This document shows, in pieces, positions 45,630 through 48,658 of a DNA stretch of 48,658 nt. Made by a program: the position numbers and the translations under genes. The DNA lies in assembly GCA_964235545.1 (NCBI GenBank), contig CAXSEG010000002.1:1-48658 (forward strand). Direction: 5' to 3'. Under the pieces are notes generated by a model. That model was given only the letters and a program-made list of their open reading frames with translations. It ran no database searches and had not been told where the DNA came from. The DNA is from an uncultured Acetobacteraceae bacterium. Lineage in GTDB: Bacteria > Pseudomonadota > Alphaproteobacteria > Acetobacterales > Acetobacteraceae. Every line of letters starts with the position of its first letter. The first letter of the stretch is position 1.

Positions 45630-46850
45630 ATGAAAAGGCTCACCCTCGTTTCTTCCACCGCCCTCGGCATCGTCGTCGGCGGCGTTGTCTTCAATACCGT
45701 CCCGGCGCTGGCGCAGCTCGCGACCATCGACGTTGCCTCGATCGTGCAGCAGATCAAAAGCTTTGCCCAGGAAACCGGCATGCTCGATGCCCTGAACGCG
45801 ATCAACACGATTCAGACGACGATAAACTCCGGCATCAGCGACCTCAACAAGGCGCTGGGTGCCGGGACGTTCGGGGACGTACAGACGCTGCTGCAGCAGG
45901 GCTTCACTCAGACGTCGAATTACATGAAGGCTCAGGTCGGCGCCCAGCAGCAGATCACCGACGCTTCCAACACGGCCATGGCCCGGTTCCATCGCGATAT
46001 GAGAAACGCGCAAATCCGCGACGAGCAGACCCCAAGCCCCCTGGCCTGTTCCGCGATCGACGGGGGCGTCAGCGCCCAATCGGCCGGCGTGCAGGCGTTC
46101 GGCGTGGGGGCACAGATCGCCCATATCCACGATATGAGGGGCGAGGCGAGCGTGGGAATGCCGTCGCATTTCGGTCAAGCTCAGGCCGTCGCCTCCATGT
46201 CAGCGGTTCACAACGGCCTGTATTGCAATGCAGACGACGACGCAGCCGGCCTTTGCCCAAACGGGCCGAGCGTTACGCCGGATGCCGACCAACAGATGCT
46301 TAGCCTGTTCGGCTCGGGGACCTACCCGAACCAGGCCGCGGTCAACACGGCGAAGGACTACGCCGTCAACCTGATCCAGCCGATTGCCCCAGCCGCCTTG
46401 CGCGGCGATCAGCTGAGGTCCACGGCAGGCCGAGACGCGGCGGTGCGGCGGCGCAGCTACAACGCCCGCATGTCGTTGGCCCAGAGCTTCATCGACATGA
46501 CGATCGGTATGCAAACGCCATCGGTTCCGCTTACCGCTGTCCAGTCGCAGTTCCTTAGCAACATGGGCCTGCCCGCGCAGGCCAACGGGTCCTGGCTGCA
46601 GGTCGTGCAGATCGAAGCCGAGCGCCGCATCAGCGACGTCACCTGGAATACCAACCTGCAAAGCATGCCGCCTGCATCGGTCGAGCGCGAGATGGCCAGC
46701 GAGTTGGCCTTGAACAACTACCTGCTGTTCCAGAACTATAAGATGAGCTTGATGCACGCCTCGATCGGCGCGGCCCAGCTTGCCGCCGATACGGACCGCA
46801 ACTTCCAACCGACCGTCCGTATGCCGACGCCGAACATGGCGTCGAACTGA
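45630..46850 (+). CDS. TraW/IcmX-like periplasmic conjugation protein
   Basis: Signal peptide, 406 aa, helical and Gln-rich, with YCNADD...GLC, YNARMSLAQ and W...L...REMA. Lies between icmW and dotA. Confidence 0.6.
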   Translation: MKRLTLVSSTALGIVVGGVVFNTVPALAQLATIDVASIVQQIKSFAQETGMLDALNAINTIQTTINSGISDLNKALGAGTFGDVQTLLQQGFTQTSNYMKAQVGAQQQITDASNTAMARFHRDMRNAQIRDEQTPSPLACSAIDGGVSAQSAGVQAFGVGAQIAHIHDMRGEASVGMPSHFGQAQAVASMSAVHNGLYCNADDDAAGLCPNGPSVTPDADQQMLSLFGSGTYPNQAAVNTAKDYAVNLIQPIAPAALRGDQLRSTAGRDAAVRRRSYNARMSLAQSFIDMTIGMQTPSVPLTAVQSQFLSNMGLPAQANGSWLQVVQIEAERRISDVTWNTNLQSMPPASVEREMASELALNNYLLFQNYKMSLMHASIGAAQLAADTDRNFQPTVRMPTPNMASN

Positions 46851-46881
46851 GCGACGCGGACGCAGCATTATCGGAGCCCCC

Positions 46882-48261
46882 ATGGCGGACCCAAACACCC
46901 ACGCAGCGAGTGACAACACGCCAAAATCGCCCCCCGCCAGTGGAAGATCAGCCGGTGACGGTGCTGCTTCAGCCCCGCCGGAAAAGGATCCCATGCGCGA
47001 CCTGCTGCAGCGGATTGAACGTGCCACGCCGTTGCTGGCGAACGTGGACAGCGAGCTGGCCCGCAGCGTGAAGGCGCTGGCCCGTCAAAGTGCCGACGCA
47101 GAACGGGCCGTCCAGCCGGGTTTCCGGACGGAGGTGGCCTATCTCCTTCAGGACATCGAGAAGAGCGCGGTCGGTCGCATCGAACTCTCCGCCACTCTCC
47201 GGTCGGAGATGACGAACTTGGCACGCAGCGCACCCGGCCTCGAGAACGAACGCATGCTCGGGCTCATGGGTCAGACCGCGGGCATCTCGGATCGGAGCCT
47301 CGTCCGTGAAATCCGGGTTGCCGGGAACGACATCGGGCAACAGGCCAATCAAGCCACTCCAGAAACCCAAAGCCGGATCGACGTCATCGAGAACCGTCTG
47401 CGATTGACCCAACGGGCCCCCGAGCCGAGGCAAGGCCCTCCGACTGGGCCGGAACAACCGGTAGAGCCGCGCCAAGGCCAAACTCCTGAGCGTCCTACCA
47501 CCCCTGAGCCACCGTCACGACCTCGGCCGGACGCCGTCTCAGCCTTTACGGCGATGCCCGGGAACGGTGGCCAGGCTACCCAGCCTGTGCTCATGGCCCG
47601 ATCGCCGCTCGACGCGGTGTTCTCGGCCATGCGTCCCAGCGAGAAGGTCACGGGCGCTCCTTGGGATCCCTCGCCAACGCCCATGCGGGACCGGCTCTCG
47701 ACCTTCGAACGGACCATGCAGGAGGGTGCCGACGACAGGACCTTACGACGGGCCGAGCAATCAGGCCGGGCGGCGTTGGACGCCCTGCAGGCGTTCAGTA
47801 CAGGCGAAGGCGCCGCCGTGATGAGCCGCATCCGTGAAGCGGCCCGCAGCGAGCCAGGCGGCATGGCGTCAGTGTTGTCCGAGATGAAGCAGGGCGGGCG
47901 CTTCGCCGACCTGCGTGGTCAATTCAACAACGCCCTGCTCGATGAACGCGACGTCGCTGCCGCCTATGACCGCGCCGCCTCGGCGCTGGCGCGTCACGGC
48001 GAGGACCGGACCGCCGTCGAGCAGGTCATCGCCCGGCGTCCTGATGCCGCCAATCTCAGTGCCAAGTTCGACCAGATGGACGCCGCCATAGGTGAAGCCG
48101 CGGGCAATACGCCTTCCCGCAAGGATGGCAAGGCAATGCTCGACGATCTGGCGAAGGCCGCAGGCGAGCTGCTGCACCGCGCCGTCGTGGCCGTGAAGTC
48201 CATGGTCTCCCGCTCGCCCTCGGCTGAGCCGACCGCGCGGCCCTCCTCACCCTCGCCGTGA
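46882..48261 (+). CDS. Soluble helical protein with two domains and a Pro-rich linker
   Basis: GGAG RBS, ATG 46882, 459 aa, no TM or signal peptide, tail SRSPSAEPTARPSSPSP. Confidence 0.75.
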   Translation: MADPNTHAASDNTPKSPPASGRSAGDGAASAPPEKDPMRDLLQRIERATPLLANVDSELARSVKALARQSADAERAVQPGFRTEVAYLLQDIEKSAVGRIELSATLRSEMTNLARSAPGLENERMLGLMGQTAGISDRSLVREIRVAGNDIGQQANQATPETQSRIDVIENRLRLTQRAPEPRQGPPTGPEQPVEPRQGQTPERPTTPEPPSRPRPDAVSAFTAMPGNGGQATQPVLMARSPLDAVFSAMRPSEKVTGAPWDPSPTPMRDRLSTFERTMQEGADDRTLRRAEQSGRAALDALQAFSTGEGAAVMSRIREAARSEPGGMASVLSEMKQGGRFADLRGQFNNALLDERDVAAAYDRAASALARHGEDRTAVEQVIARRPDAANLSAKFDQMDAAIGEAAGNTPSRKDGKAMLDDLAKAAGELLHRAVVAVKSMVSRSPSAEPTARPSSPSP

Positions 48262-48330
48262 TGGCGGCCGCGGAGGAGCCGTTCGCAAGCAGGACTGACA
48301 GTTTCGCGGGAACATTCCCGCGAGGCACCC

Positions 48331-48658
48331 ATGCGCAGCACCCGGACCACTATCGCCGCCTTGGCTTTAACGGCCATTGCCGGGCCGGTCTTCGCCCAGA
48401 GTGTTGCACCGGCCAGCAACCCCTATAACGTCAGCTGGGCGGCCCTCAGCCCCGGCAACGACTGGGCTGCACAGGTGATCCGGTCGGTGTTCCCCGTCCC
48501 GGGATTTACGTCCGACGTTCCGACCGGCAACGCGGCGACGGTCGTCCAGCAGCTGGTCGGGCAGTTCACGGGCTTCGTGGGCGCGATCGCGTGTGCCTTC
48601 GTGGCCTATAACGTCATCATGAACATCCACCGCGCGGCCGAGAGTTCCCGTATCCTGG
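48331..48658 (+). CDS. dotA: DotA/TraY family protein, N-terminal part (runs off the window)
   Basis: Not in the ORF track. ATG 48331 gives MRSTRTTIAALALTAIAGPVFAQ...NDWAAQVIRSVF...QFTGFVGAIACAFVAYNVIMNIHRAAESSRIL, a TraY/DotA-like first TM in the expected position after traW. Confidence 0.7.
   Translation, partial: MRSTRTTIAALALTAIAGPVFAQSVAPASNPYNVSWAALSPGNDWAAQVIRSVFPVPGFTSDVPTGNAATVVQQLVGQFTGFVGAIACAFVAYNVIMNIHRAAESSRIL

Larger units (their letters stand above)
1..48658. mobile_element. Segment of a conjugative plasmid or ICE (MOBF relaxase plus Dot/Icm-type T4SS plus cargo)
   Basis: Relaxase, coupling protein, VirB4-like ATPase and core-complex genes occur together and there are no housekeeping genes. 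No rep or integrase is in the window, so plasmid versus ICE is unresolved. Confidence 0.85.

Noticed and set aside
1-48658. CRISPR array, rRNA, tRNA, transposase, integrase or rep gene
   Set aside because: By eye I found no regularly spaced repeat-spacer units, RNA gene signatures, or DDE, tyrosine or serine recombinase motifs.

Overview
GC-rich, probably alphaproteobacterial DNA (inferred from a perfect GAAC-N7-GAAC LexA box and a GcrA-like regulator; Acetobacteraceae-like is a guess) from a conjugative plasmid or ICE. No rep gene or integrase is visible. The window has four parts. (1) 1-2720: an stbABC-like leftward operon, with a candidate MOBF nick site just upstream that resembles the R388 nic. 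(2) About 2880-16450: partly decayed cargo, including a duplicated dnaE2 3' end, a DMT transporter with an Ada/AraC regulator, frameshifted GNAT, methyltransferase, SRAP and FAD-monooxygenase genes, an RM remnant, an intact PHP-ATPase (Ppl/TrlF-like) defence gene, and an intact dnaE2 behind a LexA box but without imuAB. (3) 16590-20030: a small gene and a MOBF (TrwC-like) relaxase-helicase. (4) 20280-48658: a Dot/Icm-type (type IVB, MPF-I) secretion cluster with dotL, dotM, a transglycosylase, icmS-like, icmT, dotB/C/D, dotO, dotN, dotP/E-like, dotF/G/H/I, regulators, icmW-like, traV/traW-like and the start of dotA. The most notable points are IcmS/IcmW-like adaptors next to a MOBF relaxase, a stand-alone copy of the coupling protein's all-alpha domain directly upstream of dotL, the candidate oriT 14 kb from its relaxase, a 10-bp-phased repeat array ahead of the main transfer operon, and an imuAB-less SOS mutagenesis cassette. 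All family calls come from motifs and remembered reference sequences; no database searches were run.
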